Shown in pieces: positions 28,246-36,742 of a stretch of DNA of 56,790 nucleotides. Source of the stretch: a virus (Duplodnaviria > Caudoviricetes). The stretch lies in IMG/VR virus record IMGVR_UViG_3300046820_001502, positions 1 to 56,790 of that record; one strand, 5' to 3'. Position 1 is the stretch's first letter. The number at the start of each line of letters is the position of its first letter. The notes under the pieces are model-generated. The model ran no database searches. It was not told where the DNA came from and saw only the letters and a program-made list of their open reading frames with translations. A program made the translations under genes and the position numbers.

Positions 28246-30624
28246 TTAGAATTCTTTTCTTAAATTTCCTTCGTAGAACTCAAACCTATCATGTTCTGTT
28301 GGTGTCATCAAAAGAACTCCGGCATTAATTTTACCTTGTTTCATCTCTTTATAACAGTGAGACATTAAAGTTTGCTCGTAAGGATAAGTGAACTTAGTTT
28401 CGATATAACATTTGTAATTACCTTCTTGTGAAAGAATTATTGGCCAGTTAGACAAATAAACTTCACCTGTCGCATATGGAATACCGTCATAAATTTTTAT
28501 GTTTTTATATTCTAAATAAGGTGCGTTTGGATCTTGTCCGTTTACAGGTAATTTTGGATTGTCAGGCCAATGCTCATCTCTATATGCTTTGTCTACATTA
28601 TACCAAGCCCACTGTTTTTCATGACTACCATAAAACTCAGTAAAGTTGAACTTTAAAAAATCAAAGTTTTCTTTTCTTGTAATTTGTAAAACTTTTTCAT
28701 ATAAATTATTTGTTTTTCTTAAAAACCCATTTCTACAAGATGTTTCAGCTCCACCGTAGAAAAACATATCATCCTCAAAGAAAATATAATAATCCATGTC
28801 AGATTCATTAAAATGTTCGGCAACAAACACTCTACCACCTGTAATACCTATGTTATCTTTTTTAATGTGCTCAAATCCGTATTGTTCACAAAGTTCTAAG
28901 TATCGTGGTGTGGTTGATAGATCTGTTGAGTTATTTAGTAAAAACTTTTTAGTTCTTGTAAGAAAATCATTATCATATAACTCCATAGATCGTATTAGAG
29001 TTTCAAATTGTTTAGGACTATTAAATGTGATTACGTATAAACCAACATCTCCATTCTTTTTGATTTTAATCGGATCTTCTTTTCTAAAACTTTTAATAAC
29101 TACTGAATCATTTTTTACGTCCTCAAAAAACTTATAAAGTAATCCATTTGATTCGATTTCTACATAATCAATATTTTTTGGACTCGTATAAGTCATGATT
29201 GAAAATAAACTTTCTTCAGTACCCATCAAACCTCTGTTAAGTGTTGATTTCATTAGATCATAATACAAAGTATTCATTTCTCTAATCAAAGGTTTTGGTC
29301 CACCAAAAAATCCACCCCTACAAACTTTATTAACTCGTTGACCAACAAGTTCAGTCATAGAATTAATTTCAAAACCGTGGATCTCGTTGTCGGCTTCATA
29401 TGGGAATGCAACAAATGTAAAATTATCAAATAAGTTGTCTATTTTTGGTAATACATTATCGTGAGTAAAGTAACCTATATTAACTGTGTTGGCAATACCG
29501 GCATCTAACCAATATAATTTTTGGGAATTGAATTTGTCTAAAATAACCGCATCGTGCAGTAAAAACATTTTTGACATTACAAGAGGGTTATACATTTCTA
29601 ATTTGGCCTGTGTCGAATCTTTTAACCAACCCGCCAAATTATACCAATCAGGATTTGTTCTAATTTCTTGTATTTTATCGTAAAACTCTCCTTTGAACCA
29701 AGATTGATCTCTTAAAATGAATTGAGTATTTTCATGACTTCTTTTTGTAAATACAAAACTTTCTAATTCTGCATCACCAAAAATTATCATATTACAAGGA
29801 ATGTCTAAGAACTGTAAAAACTTTTCTAAATAATGTTGATACGATCTTGCCCATCCTTCAGTTAACCCATCTCTTTTGATATCCCATAAACCTGTAACTA
29901 ATGTAAGTTTTGAGTCTATTTTTTTTACAACTTCTTTTGGTTCTAAAGTTGCCTTAATTTCATCGTGTACGTCTTTTCTAATCGCATCAATATCCATATT
30001 ACCCAATATCTCATAAAGATAACCAGCCTCTGTTAACTTGTTTGTGATGTTAGTTTTTTCTTCGTCAGTCATATTACACCACTCTAACCGAATTAAACTT
30101 GGTCTAAACTTTCCTAAATCAATTTGTTTAAAGATTGTATAATCGTGTCCTTCAGTATCAACAGATAAAACATCAAAATGATCTATTCCGTGTTTTTGTA
30201 CTAATGTGTCCCAAGTAATACAATTAACCTCAACGTCAACGGCATATTTTTCAACAACTTCTCTATCACCTTCACTACCCATACCATTTTTAGATGGATC
30301 AATTACACTCATACCATAAAAAGCAGGATGAACTAAACCTTCGTCAACAACTTCGATTGGGATTGTTTTCATAGTTATAGTTCCATTAAAATCACTTACC
30401 GCAGAGTTTTCAAATTTGTTGCCAGGGTTATTACTCTTATGATTAACTAATCTCTCAAAATGAGGTTTCATAGGCTCAACATATAAAACATCCGAATTAT
30501 AGATTTGGGCGTATCCACTCATACTATCAAACATAACACCATCCATTGCTCCGATGTTAATCATAAATAATTTTTGGCCCTTTCTACCGTAATAATGTAA
30601 TACCTTATCAAAAAAATCTTCCAT
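28246..30624 (-). CDS. Multidomain: FkbM-like methyltransferase + WlaTC/HtrL-like glycosyltransferase + GT-A-like domain
   Basis: NIGAMDG/VEP/SVDTEGHD; LVTGLWDI/YWLDAGI/RGGFFGG/GTEES; VITFNSP/IFFEDDM. Confidence 0.7.
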   Translation of the reverse strand: MEDFFDKVLHYYGRKGQKLFMINIGAMDGVMFDSMSGYAQIYNSDVLYVEPMKPHFERLVNHKSNNPGNKFENSAVSDFNGTITMKTIPIEVVDEGLVHPAFYGMSVIDPSKNGMGSEGDREVVEKYAVDVEVNCITWDTLVQKHGIDHFDVLSVDTEGHDYTIFKQIDLGKFRPSLIRLEWCNMTDEEKTNITNKLTEAGYLYEILGNMDIDAIRKDVHDEIKATLEPKEVVKKIDSKLTLVTGLWDIKRDGLTEGWARSYQHYLEKFLQFLDIPCNMIIFGDAELESFVFTKRSHENTQFILRDQSWFKGEFYDKIQEIRTNPDWYNLAGWLKDSTQAKLEMYNPLVMSKMFLLHDAVILDKFNSQKLYWLDAGIANTVNIGYFTHDNVLPKIDNLFDNFTFVAFPYEADNEIHGFEINSMTELVGQRVNKVCRGGFFGGPKPLIREMNTLYYDLMKSTLNRGLMGTEESLFSIMTYTSPKNIDYVEIESNGLLYKFFEDVKNDSVVIKSFRKEDPIKIKKNGDVGLYVITFNSPKQFETLIRSMELYDNDFLTRTKKFLLNNSTDLSTTPRYLELCEQYGFEHIKKDNIGITGGRVFVAEHFNESDMDYYIFFEDDMFFYGGAETSCRNGFLRKTNNLYEKVLQITRKENFDFLKFNFTEFYGSHEKQWAWYNVDKAYRDEHWPDNPKLPVNGQDPNAPYLEYKNIKIYDGIPYATGEVYLSNWPIILSQEGNYKCYIETKFTYPYEQTLMSHCYKEMKQGKINAGVLLMTPTEHDRFEFYEGNLRKEF

Positions 30625-30633
30625 ATCTAATTT

Positions 30634-31521
30634 TTAAATTCCTAATTCCGTCTCAAAAAAATGAACGAAGTGTGTTTTATTTTTAATTGATTCTCTATCG
30701 AAAACCGGAGTTGTGAGCCAAAAGTCTTCATGATACCAAGTATCAAAACTGAATGTTTTAAACATATCAGGATTTTCGAACTCTAAGTTTGTAATCATAC
30801 CTTCGTGATTTAATATATGATTTTCATTTAAACATAAATTACTTATTATATCAAATTCTTGTATGAACCATTTTATTTTTGAAATGTGTCCTCCCAAAAT
30901 ACCACCAACAGACATATGTTTATAATCATTATTATTTTTATAAACTTTTCTAATCTCATTTGGGTTATGTGAAAACATGGTATTTGCCAAGTTGATTAAT
31001 TTATCGCCAACCCAATTATTTATCTTTGGGAATAATTCAGGACAAAATATTTTTGTAAATGAATAGTTTTCCCAATCTCGAGATAAACCAGTAATCTTAT
31101 CGGAGTAAGGATTATATTTTAAGGTAAACAATCCTCTGTGAGATAAACCACAATCAATCCAATAAATGTAGTCATAGGATTCGTCGTATTCTTTTGAAAT
31201 AAGGTATATTTTATTCCAATCAACTTCATGGTAGAAATTAAATTGTTCGTTAGATTTTTTAATCTCTAACATTCTTTCCGTTTTTGGGTAGTCTTTAAGA
31301 TTTGAAATTTTAATCGTTACGTTATTTAAATTAAATTCCTCACAATATTTTTGTAACAAATCAAATTGAGTTTCATTACAATAACATATAATTTCATTAT
31401 TCATGTTATTTAATGTCCTTAAAGAATGTAAGTATCTTTCTTGTCTTGCAAATGACTCGTGACCAAAAAAAGGAAACCCAATAATATCGGTATAAAAGGC
31501 GGTTACTAGCTTTGTCTTCAT
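30634..31521 (-). CDS. WlaTC/HtrL-like glycosyltransferase
   Basis: KLVTAFY, YIYWIDCGL, VGGILGG; resembles the middle domain of the neighbouring gene. Confidence 0.6.
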   Translation of the reverse strand: MKTKLVTAFYTDIIGFPFFGHESFARQERYLHSLRTLNNMNNEIICYCNETQFDLLQKYCEEFNLNNVTIKISNLKDYPKTERMLEIKKSNEQFNFYHEVDWNKIYLISKEYDESYDYIYWIDCGLSHRGLFTLKYNPYSDKITGLSRDWENYSFTKIFCPELFPKINNWVGDKLINLANTMFSHNPNEIRKVYKNNNDYKHMSVGGILGGHISKIKWFIQEFDIISNLCLNENHILNHEGMITNLEFENPDMFKTFSFDTWYHEDFWLTTPVFDRESIKNKTHFVHFFETELGI

Positions 31522-33095
31522 ATTCTTTTTCTAAAATAGTAATCACCTAATAAAAGACAATCCATTTCTGTTTTATCGTAAACCGAAATCGCATCACTAT
31601 ATCGAGAAAGTATTGGTTTTCCATTAACGTTGAACGATGTATTTAATAATACCCCTATACCTGATTGTTTCTCAAACTCAGTTAATAAATTGTATAACCA
31701 AGGGTTTTGTTCTTCAGTTACGGTTTGTACTCTTGCTGTACCATCTACGTGTGTAATTGAAACTAATTTTTCTCTCCACTCTTCTTTTACAGTAGGACAA
31801 AATCCCATCCACTTACTTTCACCCTCAAAATTAAAATATTTAGATACGTCTTCTAATTTACATACAGGGGCAAAAGGTCTATACCACTCTCTGTTTTTTA
31901 CTTTAGCATTTAATATATCTTTCATGTTATCATAAGCAGGATTACAAATAATACTTCTATTCCCTAAAGCTCTCGGACCATGTTCTGCATTACCTCTGAC
32001 AACACCAACAATTCTTCCATCTACTAAATCCTTAACTAACATTTCTGTCTCTAAAGGTAAAGCGTGTCTTTCCTCAACATGAGACATTAATGTATGTTTA
32101 TCTAAAATTGGAATACCTGCGTATGTAATGTCGATAGCCTTTTCAGGTTTAATATGATTTAACATCATTCCTGTTGCAATTCCACAATCATTTGGATTGG
32201 GTGGTACAAAAACTGGTCTATCAAGTTCTTGGTGTAACTTTGTGTTTAACAATATGTTTAATGCACAACCACCAACAAGTATTAAAGGTATATTTGGGTA
32301 TTGATCTAAAAATGGTATAGTTAACTCCATAAACACATTCTCAAATGCAATCTGAGAAGTTTTAGCAACATCCCAACCTATTTGACCCGTTAATCTATTT
32401 TCAAAATCAAAAGAAAGACCTGTTTGTTCTGCCAACTCATTTAAATAACCTAAGTAATTATTTCCGTCAGGTTTTTTTCTATAGTATTCTTCGAAGTGTG
32501 GCAACCAATCTTCATTAACATTACCATAAGAACAAAGTCCCATAATTTTTCCTGAGTAAACTAAATTACCAATATTAAGTGCCGGTTCTTTTGTAATATC
32601 ACCCAAGTAATCACCAAATGACATATATGGAAACCCTAAATCAGTATTAAATTTTTCAATAAGGTTTATGTTATTTCTGTCTTCCGCATGATACACATTA
32701 AAGAATCCATCATTACCTCCTCCATCAAATGAAATAATTAAAGCTTCGTTATAATCTGTTTGGTATAAACCACAAGCAGCATGGCTTAAATGGTGTAGTG
32801 AATTAATATATTCTTTTGCCGGTATTAACTCTTGATAATGAACCTTTGTTGTGTGTTCGATTGTATCCGCATTTAAGTAATAACATTTATCATATTCTGA
32901 AATTCCATATTCATCTTTAATAAATTGTAAAATATGTTTTAACAAAAAGGGTCTTGAGTATGAAATTAAATATTGTGCGTAACCTGCGTTTTTTTGGGTA
33001 AGAAATCTTTCGACTTCTATTACCACAATAATTTTTCCTTGATCCTCAACAACAACCGCAGAATTGTGAGATCCGTAAAATGAAATGTTTGCCAT
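31518..33095 (-). CDS. Carbamoyltransferase (NodU/CmcH/TobZ family)
   Basis: HHLSHAA, DGGG, GGCALN, EHGPRALGNRSI, KNREWYRPFAP, HVDGTARVQTV, LNTSFN. Confidence 0.92.
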   Translation of the reverse strand: MANISFYGSHNSAVVVEDQGKIIVVIEVERFLTQKNAGYAQYLISYSRPFLLKHILQFIKDEYGISEYDKCYYLNADTIEHTTKVHYQELIPAKEYINSLHHLSHAACGLYQTDYNEALIISFDGGGNDGFFNVYHAEDRNNINLIEKFNTDLGFPYMSFGDYLGDITKEPALNIGNLVYSGKIMGLCSYGNVNEDWLPHFEEYYRKKPDGNNYLGYLNELAEQTGLSFDFENRLTGQIGWDVAKTSQIAFENVFMELTIPFLDQYPNIPLILVGGCALNILLNTKLHQELDRPVFVPPNPNDCGIATGMMLNHIKPEKAIDITYAGIPILDKHTLMSHVEERHALPLETEMLVKDLVDGRIVGVVRGNAEHGPRALGNRSIICNPAYDNMKDILNAKVKNREWYRPFAPVCKLEDVSKYFNFEGESKWMGFCPTVKEEWREKLVSITHVDGTARVQTVTEEQNPWLYNLLTEFEKQSGIGVLLNTSFNVNGKPILSRYSDAISVYDKTEMDCLLLGDYYFRKRI

Positions 33096-33105
33096 TATTA
33101 TATTT

Positions 33106-34350
33106 TTATAAATTTCCTGTTATTCTATCACACCAACCTTTAGATGTTGAGTAAGGCCAAACAACCCAATATTTAGGTTTTTTAGTTGTATTGAATTCTC
33201 TCCATACTTTACAGTATCCATCAGGATCTCTAAAGAAACCGTTTATTTCATTAATATCTGCATCTCTTCTATATAAAGTTTCATCATTTTCATCGTGAAA
33301 AGCAACTACCCAATATTCATAATCTTTTTCAGGAACACTCACATAATTTACGTCTATACAGTGTTTGAAGATTGTTGAAAATGATTTCTTCCATTCCTCT
33401 TCTGTCTCGAAGTTATAGGTGTTTGGTGGATATTTTTTGTCAATTGTCTCTTGTTGGATTCCTCTTGACTCAAACAAAACACCAGCATATTTTTCATAGT
33501 CACTTACGGTTCTTTCAGTTCCAAACCATAAAGAATAATCTCCATCAAATTTTTCACCGTCAACTCCTAAAAGTTGTCTGTTTTTAATATGACAAGCTGT
33601 GTTTCTTAAATGCCAATCTTTGTCATCGTCCCACTGTTTAGTTCTACCTTTTCTTGTGTATTCGTGCCAAATTAAAACTTTGTGTGGATGGAATAAATCA
33701 TAACCATATGTATAAGCTCTTACTGAAATTGAAATTTCTTCTCCGTGAAAATAAAATTCAGGATCATGTTGAACTTCAGTTGAAAATTCACCTAAAGTAA
33801 AACAATAATGTGCTGAGTAAAATCTTGCAGGAACAGGTTGTTTCATTTCTTGCCAACCTGGAATTGATTCAGGCAAGAAGAATACAACACCTTCAGGTGT
33901 AAATCTATCAAATGCCATTCTCCATGGTTCTCTAACACGACCTTCAGGATCATTATCAGGATCAAATGATGAAACATATCCTGTTAAAAGAGGTTTTTTA
34001 TGTCCTTTCTTTTGAAGTTGTTTAATCATTTTAATCATTTCATCATCCCAATTCTTTTCGAATCTCATGTGAGAATCGATTTGAAGAGTATACTCCTCAC
34101 CACCATACAGTTGTTGGACTTGATGTCTTGCCCAACAAACCCCTTTTGATTCTGTGTAAGGAATATTTAGGATTCTAAATCTTTTATCTTTTTCATACTT
34201 AGATAAATCATCAAAACCATCTTCAGGATGGAATTGTCTTGCAACACCAATAATTACATTTTTTGGTCTTTTTGCGTTTTCCAACATATTTTCTATTGTT
34301 GGTATTAGTTGAGGGTCGCGATACGCAGCGATTTGTACAAATATTTTCAT
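33106..34350 (-). CDS. GT60-like polypeptide N-acetylglucosaminyltransferase
   Basis: IFVQIAAYRDP, GVCWARH, LQIDSHMRF (DxH), FYFHGEEI motifs. Confidence 0.8.
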   Translation of the reverse strand: MKIFVQIAAYRDPQLIPTIENMLENAKRPKNVIIGVARQFHPEDGFDDLSKYEKDKRFRILNIPYTESKGVCWARHQVQQLYGGEEYTLQIDSHMRFEKNWDDEMIKMIKQLQKKGHKKPLLTGYVSSFDPDNDPEGRVREPWRMAFDRFTPEGVVFFLPESIPGWQEMKQPVPARFYSAHYCFTLGEFSTEVQHDPEFYFHGEEISISVRAYTYGYDLFHPHKVLIWHEYTRKGRTKQWDDDKDWHLRNTACHIKNRQLLGVDGEKFDGDYSLWFGTERTVSDYEKYAGVLFESRGIQQETIDKKYPPNTYNFETEEEWKKSFSTIFKHCIDVNYVSVPEKDYEYWVVAFHDENDETLYRRDADINEINGFFRDPDGYCKVWREFNTTKKPKYWVVWPYSTSKGWCDRITGNL

Positions 34351-34387
34351 AAAACAAAAATATTATACACATTCCAATAGTAAATTG

Positions 34388-34690
34388 TTAGGGACCTTCG
34401 AATAAATAAATCACATCATCTTGGAACATGAAGACCTCAAAGTCCTCAAATTGTTTACCATAAAGTATTCCACAACTTAGTAATACAAATTTTTCACAAC
34501 CTAAAGAATCAACAATTTTTAAAAGTAAAGATACAACATTATCAAGTGGTGGCGGAACAACAAATTGGTATGGAGTTACAATTGTTGTTGCACTTGAAAC
34601 TAAAAAACAATAAGTCAAAGTAACATCACAAACATAAATGTCATATGGTGAATTACCTGATATAGAATTTATTTGGATTATGTTTGCCAT
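34388..34690 (-). CDS. Small putative virion protein
   Basis: 100 aa, Cys-containing; TATTTAT upstream. Confidence 0.55.
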   Translation of the reverse strand: MANIIQINSISGNSPYDIYVCDVTLTYCFLVSSATTIVTPYQFVVPPPLDNVVSLLLKIVDSLGCEKFVLLSCGILYGKQFEDFEVFMFQDDVIYLFEGP

Positions 34691-34736
34691 GATACTAATA
34701 AATAGTTATGATAAAATTATTTAAATTTCAAAAACC

Positions 34737-35720
34737 TTAAATGTATCTTGTATACGTATTGTTGTAATATTGTACGATATCAGAATTTGATAATGCAATA
34801 TCGTATATTAATACTTCACCAACATTACCTTGCAAATATTCATTACTTACTGTTTTTGCGATTTGTATCGCACTTGTTGTGACATTATGTCCTGAAGGTG
34901 TATCTGAACCAACTAAAACACCGTTAACCAATATACTTCTTGTTGTACCATCATATTTTACAACAGCATTAAACCACCCATTTGTTGGTGACACGGAACT
35001 TGTCACAACTAAATCATTACCCCACCAATAATTTATTACTTGATTAGTTCCTCCGGCTCTAAATGCATTTGATTGGTTACCAGTTCCAAATGAACCAACA
35101 CTCATAAATCCATTACCACCCCAATTAGTACCAAGTTGTACCCATATTATAAAAGTATAATCTGAGTTTCCTGTCGGTAAGTTAGTTCCTGATGGATTAC
35201 TAAACCATCCATTAGACCCTGTTGAGAAATAAACCGCTCCTGTATTATTCCAAGTTATACTACCTGAGTTTACCATGGTAACATCATTTCCATTACCACT
35301 TAAATCATACCAAGTAGTACCCGCACCTGAGTAACTATTAGGGTCGGCAGCATCTAAATGCAAACTTAAATTAGAAACGTATGAGGTCCAGTATCCTTGA
35401 TTGTTTAAATAAGTTTTACATTGACTTCCCGTTGTAAATGTTTGATTAAAAACTCCATTTACTAAGTTAACAAAAGATTGTTCTGTTTTAACTTTTGATC
35501 TCAAAAATCTAATATATGCCGGTACATTATCAGGATTAGGTTGATTACCAAAAAAGTTAGGTCTACATATAACATAACCCAAATCTTCATCAGGACCATT
35601 CCACCATCTTGGTAAACCTGTAAATCCTGTGGTTGGGAAACCTACCGCCAAGTCTCCAATCTGTAATGTTCCTGAAATTGTTGATCCTGTGTTAAAAGCA
35701 AAAGGTCTTGTTGTTGACAT
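34737..35720 (-). CDS. LamG / concanavalin-A-like lectin-fold virion protein
   Basis: LHLDAADPNSYSGAGTTWYDLSGNGN, YDGTTRSILVNG, GNVGEVLIYDIALS. Confidence 0.8.
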   Translation of the reverse strand: MSTTRPFAFNTGSTISGTLQIGDLAVGFPTTGFTGLPRWWNGPDEDLGYVICRPNFFGNQPNPDNVPAYIRFLRSKVKTEQSFVNLVNGVFNQTFTTGSQCKTYLNNQGYWTSYVSNLSLHLDAADPNSYSGAGTTWYDLSGNGNDVTMVNSGSITWNNTGAVYFSTGSNGWFSNPSGTNLPTGNSDYTFIIWVQLGTNWGGNGFMSVGSFGTGNQSNAFRAGGTNQVINYWWGNDLVVTSSVSPTNGWFNAVVKYDGTTRSILVNGVLVGSDTPSGHNVTTSAIQIAKTVSNEYLQGNVGEVLIYDIALSNSDIVQYYNNTYTRYI

Positions 35721-35749
35721 TATTGTAGTTTAACAATAAATATCATTAA

Positions 35750-36676
35750 CTACACTATTTCCAATACTTTGTTATAAACCGCAAATATTGTTGGGTGACA
35801 CTCAAATGTTTCTTTTCTTTCTAAACAATTAACTAAAGATGGGATGCCTTGTATTGATCCCCACTCTCTAACACCATATTTTATGTTGGAAGCGCAATTA
35901 AGACCACAACCACCAACAACATAATGGTATTTGTATTGTTGCGATCCTCGTCTAAATGGTGATCTAAACTCAGGATTTATAGAGCTACCTAATTGAATTA
36001 TTTCAGCATCTGTTGTTCCTGCCAAATGTAGTAAACCAGAATCCATGGTTATGAAACACATACTATTGTGAATTAAATGCCAAGCCTGATCCATATCCGT
36101 GTTGTTCATTAAATTTAAACCTAAGTTGATTGGAAAATTAAAAACAGGTTTATCAACATTAGATCCGCCAAGTTCTGAAGAATCTTTACCAATTGACACA
36201 ACCGCAATTCCTTTTTGATTTAAAAGTTTCGTTAACATTTGCCAATTTTTTGCATCCCAAGTTCTTGAGTTCCAATTTTGAACAGGATGTATTAAAACGT
36301 ATTTTTCAGGTAGACCCTCTATTTTTTCAATTGATTTTGGTATGTAATCCATCCCCATCTCATCTTTGGTTAACATAAACCCAAGATTGATTGCATGAAA
36401 TTGTCTAATATCCATGGCGTTATGTTTATAACAAACCCCATTTGGGTGATATCCAACATTAAATGAAACAAAGACTTCATGTGTTTCTTTTAATTCATCT
36501 GTAACTTCAGTAAAGATTTGATCAACACAAGGATTATTAGAAAATAAATATGGGTGGTGTGTTGCGACAGATATTTTTTTACCGTAAGAATAGTAAAGTT
36601 TTCTTAAAGTTGGTGTAACTGCTAAGGTATCACCTAACGCTCTACAACCTAATACATCAATACAAACATTTTTCAT
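35750..36676 (-). CDS. GT9 (heptosyltransferase-like) glycosyltransferase
   Basis: ALGDTLAVTPTLRKL, RTW, FITMDSGLLHLAG; C-terminal Cys cluster. Confidence 0.8.
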   Translation of the reverse strand: MKNVCIDVLGCRALGDTLAVTPTLRKLYYSYGKKISVATHHPYLFSNNPCVDQIFTEVTDELKETHEVFVSFNVGYHPNGVCYKHNAMDIRQFHAINLGFMLTKDEMGMDYIPKSIEKIEGLPEKYVLIHPVQNWNSRTWDAKNWQMLTKLLNQKGIAVVSIGKDSSELGGSNVDKPVFNFPINLGLNLMNNTDMDQAWHLIHNSMCFITMDSGLLHLAGTTDAEIIQLGSSINPEFRSPFRRGSQQYKYHYVVGGCGLNCASNIKYGVREWGSIQGIPSLVNCLERKETFECHPTIFAVYNKVLEIV

Positions 36677-36742
36677 ACAAAAATTATAACTAATAGATCT
36701 ATTAAAATACAGAATTAGAAAATTGTTTTTATTATTAAGAGT

